DNA from: an uncultured Ignavibacteriales bacterium
Lineage (GTDB): Bacteria > Zixibacteria > MSB-5A5 > GN15 > FEB-12
Direction: 5' to 3'
Length of the DNA: 64,000 nucleotides
NCBI GenBank assembly: GCA_964464605.1
Contig: CAYXJN010000002.1
Span: 1 to 64,000 of the forward strand
The translations under genes and the position numbers were made by a program. Positions 40,850-50,406 of this stretch are shown here, one piece after another. Position 1 is the stretch's first letter, and each line of letters opens with the position of its first letter. The notes under the pieces are model-generated. The model had not been told where the DNA came from, ran no database searches, and saw nothing but the letters and a program-made list of their open reading frames with translations.

Positions 40850-42064
40850 ATGAAACAGAAAACAATCGTATCGCTTCTTTTGGCCTTTTGCATTACCTCT
40901 TCCCTTTCCGCCGCCACGACCGTCAGTTGGTGGCAATTCTGGACAGATGAAGGTATCAAGCCGACGCTTGATTCAATTGTCCGTGAGTTCGAAGCAGCCC
41001 ACCCGGATATAGATGTCGATGTGACCGATCTCACCTGGGCGAATGGCCATGAAAAGATCGTTATCGCGCTTGCTTCCGGCACCGGTCCGGATGTATTGGA
41101 GCTCGGTTCTGATTGGATTGCTCAGTTTGCCTCGGAAGGAAAACTCGCCAACATTTCTGCTGATATTGCATCTGACAGCAGTACTGTTGACGGTTGGGGA
41201 ATGTCTACGTATGAAGGTCAAGTTTATGCCTATCCTTGGATTTTAGGAACACGGGTTATTTTCGGAAATCGTGACTTGATGACCAAGGCGGGACGAGATA
41301 CCAACTATTATCCGGTAACCTGGTCTGATTTGCTGAGTACGGCAAAATTAATTCGGAAAATAGATAAGAATACTTATGGTTGGGGATCGAACATCGCCGA
41401 AAAACATCGCCTGTATAAAAAGTTTCTCCCTTTCTTCTGGTCAGGCGGCGGTGAGTTATATACGCCGGATGGCAAGTATGTCGTGCTGGCGTCGATGAAA
41501 GGAATCGATGCGTTGCTCTATTATCAGCAGTTGCATGATTCCGCCGGGTACGTGGCCGACCAACGCGGTATTGAAGATGCTTTTCTGGCAGGGAAAGTCG
41601 GGTTCGTTTTCTCCGGCGATTGGTTATTGAAACGAATCATGCAAGAAAAACCGAATTTTCCGCTCGTTACCACCCTTGTACCGGGTCCAAAATTTCCCGG
41701 GTTCTCATTTTTGGGTGGTGAGTTTTTGGCCGTGAATGCAGCAACCAAAAATAAGAACTCCGCGCTGGCCTTTGTACGGTATCTGACAGCGCCGGAACAG
41801 CAGGTTCGGTTCTGTAAAGCGAACTTTTCAGCGAACCCGTCATCGAAGACGGCCCAAAAGGATCCATTTTTTACTTCTAACCCTCATCTTGATCTGTTTA
41901 TCCGGCAAATGCATTTGGCCAAACATCCGCCGGTCGATCCGGATTGGGTGGAAATCGAAACCGACATTGAAGCGGCAGTGGAAGATGCCTTGTTCGGTTC
42001 CAAGTTAGTCGCCCAGCCGCTCTGGCGCGCCCAGAAAAAGATTGTTCAGTTGAAATCAAAATGA
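40850..42064 (+). CDS. Carbohydrate ABC transporter substrate-binding protein
   Basis: Signal peptide; FEAAHPDI, GPDV, GQVYAYPW, SFLGG. Confidence 0.93.
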   Translation: MKQKTIVSLLLAFCITSSLSAATTVSWWQFWTDEGIKPTLDSIVREFEAAHPDIDVDVTDLTWANGHEKIVIALASGTGPDVLELGSDWIAQFASEGKLANISADIASDSSTVDGWGMSTYEGQVYAYPWILGTRVIFGNRDLMTKAGRDTNYYPVTWSDLLSTAKLIRKIDKNTYGWGSNIAEKHRLYKKFLPFFWSGGGELYTPDGKYVVLASMKGIDALLYYQQLHDSAGYVADQRGIEDAFLAGKVGFVFSGDWLLKRIMQEKPNFPLVTTLVPGPKFPGFSFLGGEFLAVNAATKNKNSALAFVRYLTAPEQQVRFCKANFSANPSSKTAQKDPFFTSNPHLDLFIRQMHLAKHPPVDPDWVEIETDIEAAVEDALFGSKLVAQPLWRAQKKIVQLKSK

Positions 42065-42930
42065 GGTTTCAGCGCTCAACAGCGGTGTTGCTTGGGCTTC
42101 CCTGGCTGTTGACCCTTCTGTTTTTCTGGGGGTTTCCGCTTGTCTATTCTTTTTTCATTGGCTTTACTGATCAGTCATTGCTAAGACCTGATTATCAATG
42201 GGTCGGACTTGAAAACTATCGTCGGTTGTTTGCAGACGAAGCATTTCTTTCGGCATTAAAAAATACGCTCATATTTGTATTTGGGACGATTCCGGTAACG
42301 ACAGTTATAGCGCTCATGCTCGCCCTGCTTGTTCATCGCCAGTTTCCCGGGCGAGGCTTGTTTCGAGCCGGGTTGTTTCTGCCGTCTATAACGTCACTCG
42401 TTGTGGTTTCTCTCATCTTCACCAATTTGTTAAGCAGAGGTGGTTATATCGCCGGTTTGGCTACCATCGCCGGATTTGCACCGCCGGAATATGGATTCCT
42501 TTACGATTCTGAAACGGCGCTCTATGCGATTATGGGGATGGATGTCTGGATGTCGGTCGGCTACTACATGCTTATCTTTTTAGCAGGTCTACAGAGCATT
42601 CCCGATGAACTGCATGAAGCCGCCGTTATCGATGGCGCTTCGGGTATGCGAAGACTGTTTTCCATAACCCTGCCGATGCTTCGTCCGGTTGCCCTGTTTA
42701 TTCTGGTTATCAATTCTATCAAGAGCTTTCAGGTGTTCGTTGAAATTTTCGTGATGACGAAAGGAAAGTTCGATACGATGTCGTTGGTCTATTTCATTTA
42801 CGAAACAGGGCTCACGACTCACTTTGAGTTCGGCTACGCATCGGCTGCCGCCTATTTACTCTTTGGACTTATCGGGCTGTTCTCATTGGCGCAGTTTTTC
42901 CTGTTACGAAAGAAGTCGCCGACATGGTAA
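42061..42930 (+). CDS. Carbohydrate ABC permease (MalF-like)
   Basis: WVGLENY; EAA loop LQSIPDELHEAAVIDGA. Confidence 0.95.
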   Translation: MRFQRSTAVLLGLPWLLTLLFFWGFPLVYSFFIGFTDQSLLRPDYQWVGLENYRRLFADEAFLSALKNTLIFVFGTIPVTTVIALMLALLVHRQFPGRGLFRAGLFLPSITSLVVVSLIFTNLLSRGGYIAGLATIAGFAPPEYGFLYDSETALYAIMGMDVWMSVGYYMLIFLAGLQSIPDELHEAAVIDGASGMRRLFSITLPMLRPVALFILVINSIKSFQVFVEIFVMTKGKFDTMSLVYFIYETGLTTHFEFGYASAAAYLLFGLIGLFSLAQFFLLRKKSPTW

Positions 42931-43748
42931 AAAAGCTGCAGATGAACCTTATGTGGCGGTATCTGATTTTAGGGGTGCTACTGCTGTCGATGATCTTCCC
43001 TTTGTTCTGGATGTTCCGTGTGTCGCTGTTGCCCCTCGGCAGTGAAACGACAATGAGCACATTGTTCAGCCCGATTTTTTCATTGGCGGCGTATAATTCC
43101 CTGCTTTCCAGCGATATGATGCTGCGCGCGATTGTTAACTCTTTGTTGGTGGGAGGCGTTGTTGTGGTCGGAAACATTCTGTTCTGTTTTATGACCGCGT
43201 ATACCCTGGCTCGTCATAGGTTTTTGCTGAACAAGGCGCTTTTCGGTTCGGCAATCGTGATTCTGATGATTCCTGCGCATATTACCATCATTCCGTTGTA
43301 TGTACTTTTGGTCAAGGCGCACATGTATGACTCAATGTGGGCGCTGATTCTCCCCTGGTTAGTGACACCGATCGGGATTTTTCTGTTGAAACAGTATATC
43401 GAATCTATTCCGACATCGATGGAAGAAGCTGCCCGTATCGACGGCGCGAGCGAGATGCGCATATTGTTCAGTGTGGTTATGCCGATGTGCCGCCCGGCCT
43501 TGGCAGTTCTGGCGATACAAACATTTTTCACAAACTGGAATTCATTCTTATTTCCGTTTATTTTGACCTCAAGCGATAGCCTCCGCACCCTTCCGGTTGC
43601 ATTGTCCTTGTTGCAGGGGCATCAGGCAATTGACTGGCAACGGCTTATGGCGGGTTCTGCAATCGCCGTTATTCCCGTTTTAGTCGTTTTTTTTATTCTC
43701 CAGCGTCAAATTATTTCCGGCATTACGGCCGGGGCGGTCAAACAATAG
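42924..43748 (+). CDS. Carbohydrate ABC permease (MalG-like)
   Basis: IPTSMEEAARIDGA, WNSFLFP, GITAGAVK. Confidence 0.95.
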   Translation: MVKKLQMNLMWRYLILGVLLLSMIFPLFWMFRVSLLPLGSETTMSTLFSPIFSLAAYNSLLSSDMMLRAIVNSLLVGGVVVVGNILFCFMTAYTLARHRFLLNKALFGSAIVILMIPAHITIIPLYVLLVKAHMYDSMWALILPWLVTPIGIFLLKQYIESIPTSMEEAARIDGASEMRILFSVVMPMCRPALAVLAIQTFFTNWNSFLFPFILTSSDSLRTLPVALSLLQGHQAIDWQRLMAGSAIAVIPVLVVFFILQRQIISGITAGAVKQ

Positions 43749-43850
43749 CCTGATTTTATCTTGATATTTTATTGTTCCTGCCTGACCATCGTTTGTATAA
43801 CAAACGGGAATGTACGGATGTGTATATCCAAAAAAGAAAGGACCTCAACA

Positions 43851-44483
43851 ATGAAACAGGTTGGACTCGTGCTTGTAGGGCTGCTTGCAGTAAGCAGCTT
43901 GATCGGTTGCGGGGCAAGCAAGGGATACATTAAGGAGCAGATCGATGCTTCAGAAGGGCGTACTAATGCCCGCGTGGATGCGGTGAGCGCCCAAACCCAG
44001 ATGAATGCAGATGAAATTGCCCGGCTGAACACACTCGCCATTGAACTGGACAAGCAAGTCAACATTGCGGTCAACAAAGTTAAAGGGTTTGAAAATTATG
44101 TCGTGTTGTGGAGCGGTGAAGTTAATTTTAACTTCGACAGCTTCGAACTGACTTCGACTGCACAGCAGATTCTTGATGAAGCCGGCGAACAGATGAAACT
44201 GCACGGCGGCTCATTGCTTGAAATCAGCGGCCACACCGATGCGCATGGTGCCAAGACTTATAATATGATTCTTGGCGAGCGCCGTGCAAATTCGGCCAAG
44301 ACCTATATTGCCGAGCACTCCGGTGTACATCTGTATCGTCTACATGTCGTATCATTCGGTGAAGATAAACCGACTACGATGTCGGATTCACGGAATGCCG
44401 ACTCTCGTAACCGTCGTGTGACCCTGCAATTGTGGGGTGATCCTACGATCGCTCAGATTACCGATAACCCGGCAACTCAGTAA
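43851..44483 (+). CDS. OmpA-family peptidoglycan-binding lipoprotein
   Basis: Lipobox LIGC; GHTD, YNMILGERRA, NRRV. Confidence 0.93.
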   Translation: MKQVGLVLVGLLAVSSLIGCGASKGYIKEQIDASEGRTNARVDAVSAQTQMNADEIARLNTLAIELDKQVNIAVNKVKGFENYVVLWSGEVNFNFDSFELTSTAQQILDEAGEQMKLHGGSLLEISGHTDAHGAKTYNMILGERRANSAKTYIAEHSGVHLYRLHVVSFGEDKPTTMSDSRNADSRNRRVTLQLWGDPTIAQITDNPATQ

Positions 44484-44506
44484 CAAAGTAAAACCATCGG
44501 TTTCCC

Positions 44507-44538
44507 AAGGCTCCGAGAAATCGGGGCCTTATTTTTTT
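44507..44538 (+). terminator. Intrinsic terminator between the convergent OmpA-like and MscS-like genes
   Basis: AAGGCTCCGA-GAAA-TCGGGGCCTT followed by ATTTTTTT. Confidence 0.75.
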
Positions 44539-45620
44539 GTCTGCTCTGGGGGCTGCAGTTGATGAATGACCAGCTGCGGGTAGGGCATCTCGATACCTTC
44601 CGCGCGGAATCGTTCTAAAATAGCGGAACGTAAATCAGACTCGACGACATAGCGATCGGTAAACTGTGCAGTCTGACAGAACACGCGAACGCGCAATGCG
44701 CTTTCTCCGAATTCGCTGAAGCGGAATACGGGAGCCGGGTCTTTGAGCACCAGCGGATGTTTTCCGGCTTCTTCCAAAAGCATCTTTCTGACCTTGCTGA
44801 TATCACTGTCATAGGGAACGCTGAGTTCTATTTTCATGCCGGTGTCCTGATTCGGGTAGGACAAATTATGAATACTCGATTTGACCATTTCGGCGTTCGG
44901 GACAATAATCAGGGTGTTGTCCATCGTTTTAAGGCGGGTTGAACGCAAACCGATTTCACTAACGGTGGTGATTGTTCCATCATGCATGCGCACCAAATCT
45001 CCTACCCGAATCGGCCGGTCAACCATGAGCACGAAGCCGCCGATCATGTTTGCCAGCGTATCCTGGGCAGCGAGGGCGACAGCCAGTGAACCGACACCCA
45101 AAACGGCGATAAGCGCTTTAACATCGATGCCGAAATGTTCAAGAATCGTTACCCCGGCAACGATGTATAGCACAATCGATGTTACCCGGTGAACAAGCGG
45201 GACAAATTCTTCAAGGGTTGTATTGCCATGCCTTTCGGAGGTGGTCGCATAGTGACGGAAGGTTATCGTCAAAATGCGCACCAAAAGCGCTGCAACAATC
45301 AAAACGCCGACGCTGTAAGAAATGCCATCAAGAATTTTGAATACTCCTTCCCCGAAGTCATCCACCATCTGCCGTTCGCAGTAATTACCAAGGACAATAA
45401 AGCCGACGAGAAAGGTCAGGTAGTAAATGTATTTGCGGGTTGCCAGTAGCAGCTGATCGTCAAGATCTGATTTCGTGTGACGGGTAATCTGCGTACCGAC
45501 AACATAGAGCAGCAACCGCATGGCTATCGCGGCGAGTATGGTTAATAGAATAATACCGCCACCGTGGGCTAAGACCCTGGTGGTTCCGGACAGTTGTAGT
45601 TGATCGAGAAATGATTCCAT
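44529..45620 (-). CDS. MscS-family mechanosensitive channel
   Basis: LGVGSLAVALAAQDTLANMIGG, RPIRVGD, IGLRST, VPN, GIEMPYP. Confidence 0.95.
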   Translation of the reverse strand: MESFLDQLQLSGTTRVLAHGGGIILLTILAAIAMRLLLYVVGTQITRHTKSDLDDQLLLATRKYIYYLTFLVGFIVLGNYCERQMVDDFGEGVFKILDGISYSVGVLIVAALLVRILTITFRHYATTSERHGNTTLEEFVPLVHRVTSIVLYIVAGVTILEHFGIDVKALIAVLGVGSLAVALAAQDTLANMIGGFVLMVDRPIRVGDLVRMHDGTITTVSEIGLRSTRLKTMDNTLIIVPNAEMVKSSIHNLSYPNQDTGMKIELSVPYDSDISKVRKMLLEEAGKHPLVLKDPAPVFRFSEFGESALRVRVFCQTAQFTDRYVVESDLRSAILERFRAEGIEMPYPQLVIHQLQPPEQTKK

Positions 45621-45626
45621 ACAATA

Positions 45627-47366
45627 TTATTTAAATATTACTTCCAATCCTGATATATCAAAACGGGGCCGTACCGTCACGGTATCTTTTAGTTTTATGA
45701 ACTGCTCTGCCGGAATAAACGGCCGCAATTGTCCGAGACCGTACTGTCCATCCAGATCACGGTCGACGAAGGCCGAAACGAGGTATTTTCCACCGGGAAG
45801 GTCAATCGTAAACTGCCGGGTCGCAGTTATAGTATAAAATCCTTCGGCCTGCACACGCTTGAACGTGATAACAGTCGAATAGAGTGAATCGGGATACAGT
45901 TCATTGGAAATAGTACCGCTGATTTTGCCCAATGAATCGGCCGACAGTGCGATAAAACTCAACCCGGTTGTAGGCAAAGTATCGGAGAGTCTGTTTCCGA
46001 CTCTATCGACAAGATTTGCGCTGGTATCGATACTGATTTGGTATCTCCGGTCAGTCCGCATTTTCTCCGCTTTCAGTTTCAAAGAAAACGGTGTCGACTG
46101 TGTGATTTTCATGCGAAGCGTGTCGCTTGGCGCGGCTATAATCCGGATCTGTTTTGCGAACGTCGAATCGATTCGAATCGGTTCAGAGAACAGTAACGCT
46201 AATGAATCCGGCAGTTTGGTTAGTGTTCCGGACGGCAATATCCGTACTAGTCTTGGTTTTTCGGTGTCCGGTTGGGTTTCGATGGTAAGTTGTCGGCGCG
46301 TCGCAATCGTATCACGCGCGGATATCGGAAAGCTAAGAGAACAAACGCCACTCGGCAAAGCACCGAAGTCGAGCGTCAATACCGGCGTACTGGTTGAATC
46401 CTGTTCTAAAAAGCTCTGTGCGAATCGGGGCGCCTGCAGCGAATCGACCGGTTTCAAATGAATCGTCGACAGCATGTAGCGTAATGAATCGATCTGTATT
46501 GACCGATTCAGCCGTACTCGTATCAGTTGGTTTTTGGTGATGCTGGCATCGACTATGCGCAAAGTGTCCGGCAACGGGTCTTGCAGGCGAATTGACAGGC
46601 TGTCTAATCCTGCCTTTCCGCTGACCTGAATCGGTCGGTCGGGAACGCCGAATGATTCATCTCCGGCATCGAACAGCTCATTCCGGTTTTTGTCATCGAA
46701 GGCAAGCAGGTAGTACGGACCATCGGCGATATAGGTGAATCGGAAGCCGCCGCTTTTGTCGGTGAATAGCAGGTAGTCTGGATAGAGTGAATCGGTTTTT
46801 GTCGTTGTCGAATCAGTGCTTTTAAACAGTGCCGCCGCAATTCGTGCGGCTGGTTGGTCATTGCGATATATTACTCCCGCTAAACTTCCGGAGTCGATTG
46901 TCGGGCCGGTCGAAAATGATATGCTTGAAATTCCTTCGATTGACTTTCTGCGTAAATCGGTAACACCGGAATTGAGGCATATAGTATACGTTCGGTTCGG
47001 CTGGAAATCTTCGGGTAAGGTAATCGTCAGGTGGTCAGCTCCCCATTTCAGTTTCGGTGGTTTACTCGGGCGCGGAGAAATGCTGACCGACGTTCCGGTA
47101 GTCGGTTTTATTATGCGTTCTGAAAAATAGATTTTAACTTTGCTGCCGGGTGGTACATTCACCGTACCGGTCGCAGGCTCCGAAAGAGTAACCGATGGTC
47201 CAACGGTGTCTTCTTCCCCGCCGGGCGGTGGGGCGACTTCTGCGCAGCGTAAACACAGAACAAAAAGTATCGGGAAAATGGAAAAAAGATGACGCAGCGT
47301 TAACGAGCCAGCTTTTCCTGTATTCCTGCGTTCTTCGGATCTAATTCGAGTGCTTTTTGCCACCAT
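45627..47366 (-). CDS. Ig-like (Big_5) domain lipoprotein; start uncertain
   Basis: Hydrophobic stretch then CAEVAPPPGGEEDTVGP; repeated FSE Ig motifs; AFDDKNRN and AFVDRDLDG Ca-binding-like loops. Confidence 0.75.
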   Translation of the reverse strand: MVAKSTRIRSEERRNTGKAGSLTLRHLFSIFPILFVLCLRCAEVAPPPGGEEDTVGPSVTLSEPATGTVNVPPGSKVKIYFSERIIKPTTGTSVSISPRPSKPPKLKWGADHLTITLPEDFQPNRTYTICLNSGVTDLRRKSIEGISSISFSTGPTIDSGSLAGVIYRNDQPAARIAAALFKSTDSTTTKTDSLYPDYLLFTDKSGGFRFTYIADGPYYLLAFDDKNRNELFDAGDESFGVPDRPIQVSGKAGLDSLSIRLQDPLPDTLRIVDASITKNQLIRVRLNRSIQIDSLRYMLSTIHLKPVDSLQAPRFAQSFLEQDSTSTPVLTLDFGALPSGVCSLSFPISARDTIATRRQLTIETQPDTEKPRLVRILPSGTLTKLPDSLALLFSEPIRIDSTFAKQIRIIAAPSDTLRMKITQSTPFSLKLKAEKMRTDRRYQISIDTSANLVDRVGNRLSDTLPTTGLSFIALSADSLGKISGTISNELYPDSLYSTVITFKRVQAEGFYTITATRQFTIDLPGGKYLVSAFVDRDLDGQYGLGQLRPFIPAEQFIKLKDTVTVRPRFDISGLEVIFK

Positions 47367-48925
47367 CGGCGCGCTTCATCCTTATTACCTGTTGCCAAAT
47401 ACGCATCACCTAAGTGGTCGAATATTACCGAATCAGAGGTCAAAGCAGAAGCTTTTTTTAGATGTTGAATTGCGCTCGGATATTTTCCGAGTCGATAACA
47501 AACCCAGCCGAACGAATCAAGGTACGCTGCATTCTCCGGATTGAGTTTAACCGCGCGTTCGATAAGATCTCGGGCGTATTCCAGCCGTTGTCCTTTGTCG
47601 GCGAGCATATAGCCAAGATAGTTCAAAGCCGCGGCATTATCCGGTGATTTGGCGATTAGCTCTTCAAACGTTGTGGTCGCCAAATCGATCTGGCCGTTTC
47701 GTTCATACGCAGCGCCGAGGACGAACAGCATGCGGAACATTGAACTGTCATCCCGCATTTTTCCCAGTCCCTGACGATAGGTTTCGATCTCCTGTTCCGG
47801 CTGCTGCATGCGACGATACACTGCGCCGATATCTATCCAGCTTTCCGGCATGGTATCGGCGACATTGGCGACCCATTTGAAATGTTCCAGTGCGACCGGA
47901 TATTGTTCCTGCGCGGCAGCAACGCGGCCGAGGTAATAATGATCGAACGGAGTTTCTTCTCCGCTTGCGATGACTGCAGAAAGTACCGAGTCGGCTAATC
48001 GCAATGAATCAAGGGCAAAGTAGAATGCACCTAACTTGCGGGACAACCGCCGCTCAAAGGGTGCGAGTTCACTCGCTTTTCTTGCCTGCTCGACTGCCTG
48101 AGGTATGGAATCCATACGAAAATACAAATCCGACAAATCTCTTCGCGTAACGACATCAGACGAATCACTATGTACAGCCTGCAAAAACATTTCTCTCGCC
48201 TGCTGCATCGAATCCTGCGATTGATAGACTTCAGCAAGACCGGTCCAGGCTAAAAGCGTTGTCGCATCATTGACTACCGCAAGGGCGCTACGATATGCGG
48301 CTTTTGCTTCTTCCGGTCGGTTTGCGTCGGTCAGTAAACGTCCCAGTTCCATCGGCAGCCGGTAATTGTCTGGATGAATGCGAATCAAATTCCGGTATGA
48401 CCAAATGGTTGAGTCCTTGTCATTTTTGTAACGGAAGTAAGAAGCCAAAAATGAATATCCGGTCGAATTGTCAGCATCGAGCTGCACGAGGCGGCGAAAG
48501 GTGACAAACGCGGAATCATCATTCCCTGCGCCGCGGTATGCCATCCCCAAAAGTTCAAGCGCCTGCGGTGTGGGTGGGCGGATTTCCAGCAAATTTTGAG
48601 CACAGAGGTCATAGCGCTGCAACTGATATAGCATTTCCGCAAGCGCCATGCGAATCTCGGTCGATTTCGGCATTGCTGCGAGTGCGCGCTGGTACTGCTC
48701 CGCGGCGGCGTAAAAATTTCCCATCTGCTCGTAGGCATTCCCGTTGATAAAGTCAGTAAAGGCTTGTCGGCTGATGGTATCATTTACTTGTTCAGATTGC
48801 TTGTCGAATGGGATCGTTGTCGATTGCGCGTACGTAAGCGCAGATAAGCCAAACACCAGCAGAACAGTAATGAACAAAGTTCTGCTTATCGTTACAGCAT
48901 GAAAAGGAAATGATATCTGATGCAT
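47300..48925 (-). CDS. Secreted tetratricopeptide repeat protein
   Basis: Signal peptide; multiple TPRs; ALNYLGYMLAD, YLDSFGW, DHLGDAY. Confidence 0.92.
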   Translation of the reverse strand: MHQISFPFHAVTISRTLFITVLLVFGLSALTYAQSTTIPFDKQSEQVNDTISRQAFTDFINGNAYEQMGNFYAAAEQYQRALAAMPKSTEIRMALAEMLYQLQRYDLCAQNLLEIRPPTPQALELLGMAYRGAGNDDSAFVTFRRLVQLDADNSTGYSFLASYFRYKNDKDSTIWSYRNLIRIHPDNYRLPMELGRLLTDANRPEEAKAAYRSALAVVNDATTLLAWTGLAEVYQSQDSMQQAREMFLQAVHSDSSDVVTRRDLSDLYFRMDSIPQAVEQARKASELAPFERRLSRKLGAFYFALDSLRLADSVLSAVIASGEETPFDHYYLGRVAAAQEQYPVALEHFKWVANVADTMPESWIDIGAVYRRMQQPEQEIETYRQGLGKMRDDSSMFRMLFVLGAAYERNGQIDLATTTFEELIAKSPDNAAALNYLGYMLADKGQRLEYARDLIERAVKLNPENAAYLDSFGWVCYRLGKYPSAIQHLKKASALTSDSVIFDHLGDAYLATGNKDEARRWWQKALELDPKNAGIQEKLAR

Positions 48926-48965
48926 GACCGCCTATTATACCCGTAAAATCGTGAAAAGACGGTTT

Positions 48966-50225
48966 TTACGGGACTAACTTGAGAAATCTACGTTTGCCGA
49001 CTTTGACGATAGTTTCAGTCGTAAGTGAGAACGTGTGTGTGGTATCGGTGACGCGCTCCCCATTCAGATACACACCGCCGCCGTCGATTAAATTGCGGGC
49101 ATCGCTGTTCGATTTCGCCAATCCCGCTTTTGCCATTAAGGAGACGATTCCGACAGCGGAAGTATCCAATCCCATTTCTTTCAGTTTCGCAGATGGCATT
49201 TCAGGGATATCATCCGGCAATTCCTTTTGCGAAAACACGCGCTCGAATTCATCTCGCGCCTGTTTGCCGGAACCTTGCGGGTGGTACATATCAACTAAAT
49301 GTTCGCCAAGTTCTTTTTTGACTAACATAGGATTGATATCCGGCTGCGCTAAGCGCTGTTTGATTGTTTCCAGTTCTTTGAGCGTTACATCGCTGGCTAA
49401 TTCGAAATATGAGTAAATGAGATTATCCGGAATCGACATCGCCTTACCGAAAATCTGCTGCGGTGATTCTTCGATACCGATGTAATTCCCAAGCGATTTC
49501 GACATCTTCGCTTCCCCGTCGAGTCCGACCAAAATCGGCATGGTGAGAATCATCTGCGGCTGGTGGTTGTATGCTTCCTGAATCGTACGTCCGGCAAGCA
49601 GGTTGAATTTCTGCTCTGTCGCGCCGATCTCGACATCGGATTTGATTGCCACGGAATCATATCCCTGCATCAGCGGGTAAAACAGCTCATGAATGGAAAT
49701 AGGAATACCGGCTTTGAACCGTTTGGTAAAGTCTTCTCGCTCGATGAGCCGTGCGACGGTGAACTTGCTCGCAAGGGCCATTACTTCAAAAAATTCCATT
49801 GTCTTGAACCATTCGCCGTTAAAGCGCACTTCGGTTTTCGACTTATCCAGAATTTTAAAAAACTGCTGCTGATATGTTTCTGCATTACGCATGACATCAT
49901 CGTAACTCAATTGCTTTCTGGTAGCTGATTGTCCGGATGGGTCACCGACCATAGCGGTGTAATCGCCGACAATCAGCACGATCTGGTGCCCGAGCTCCTG
50001 AAATTGCTTGAGTTTCCGTATCCCGACCGAGTGGCCGAGGTGAATATCCGGCGATGTCGGATCAAACCCCTGTTTGATGCGCAACGGCTTGTTTTCCCGA
50101 ATCGACTTTGCCAGGCGACGCTTGAATTCATCCTCCGGAAGAACATCGACTGTTCCCCGTTTGATAATCTCCCATTGGCGTCGGGTTTCCGGATCAAGCT
50201 CTTTTATGTCAGCCGTCTCTGTCAC
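48966..50225 (-). CDS. tyrS: Tyrosine--tRNA ligase
   Basis: GFDPT, HLGH, YPLMQGYD, KMSKS, C-terminal S4 domain VGKRRF. Confidence 0.98.
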   Translation of the reverse strand: MTETADIKELDPETRRQWEIIKRGTVDVLPEDEFKRRLAKSIRENKPLRIKQGFDPTSPDIHLGHSVGIRKLKQFQELGHQIVLIVGDYTAMVGDPSGQSATRKQLSYDDVMRNAETYQQQFFKILDKSKTEVRFNGEWFKTMEFFEVMALASKFTVARLIEREDFTKRFKAGIPISIHELFYPLMQGYDSVAIKSDVEIGATEQKFNLLAGRTIQEAYNHQPQMILTMPILVGLDGEAKMSKSLGNYIGIEESPQQIFGKAMSIPDNLIYSYFELASDVTLKELETIKQRLAQPDINPMLVKKELGEHLVDMYHPQGSGKQARDEFERVFSQKELPDDIPEMPSAKLKEMGLDTSAVGIVSLMAKAGLAKSNSDARNLIDGGGVYLNGERVTDTTHTFSLTTETIVKVGKRRFLKLVP

Positions 50226-50406
50226 GCAAATACTCCGTCTCGAATCTTTTAGTCACTATCGGCATATAAAGCACATACCGAACGGGGTAACCCGTTGTGT
50301 AGAATGGTCAAGAATATGCGGGAAATCCTTCAAAATCAAATGAATATCAAAAGTCCCCATTTTATATTTGACTCCCTAACCCATTCCGCTGACCTTTCCG
50401 AATCCT

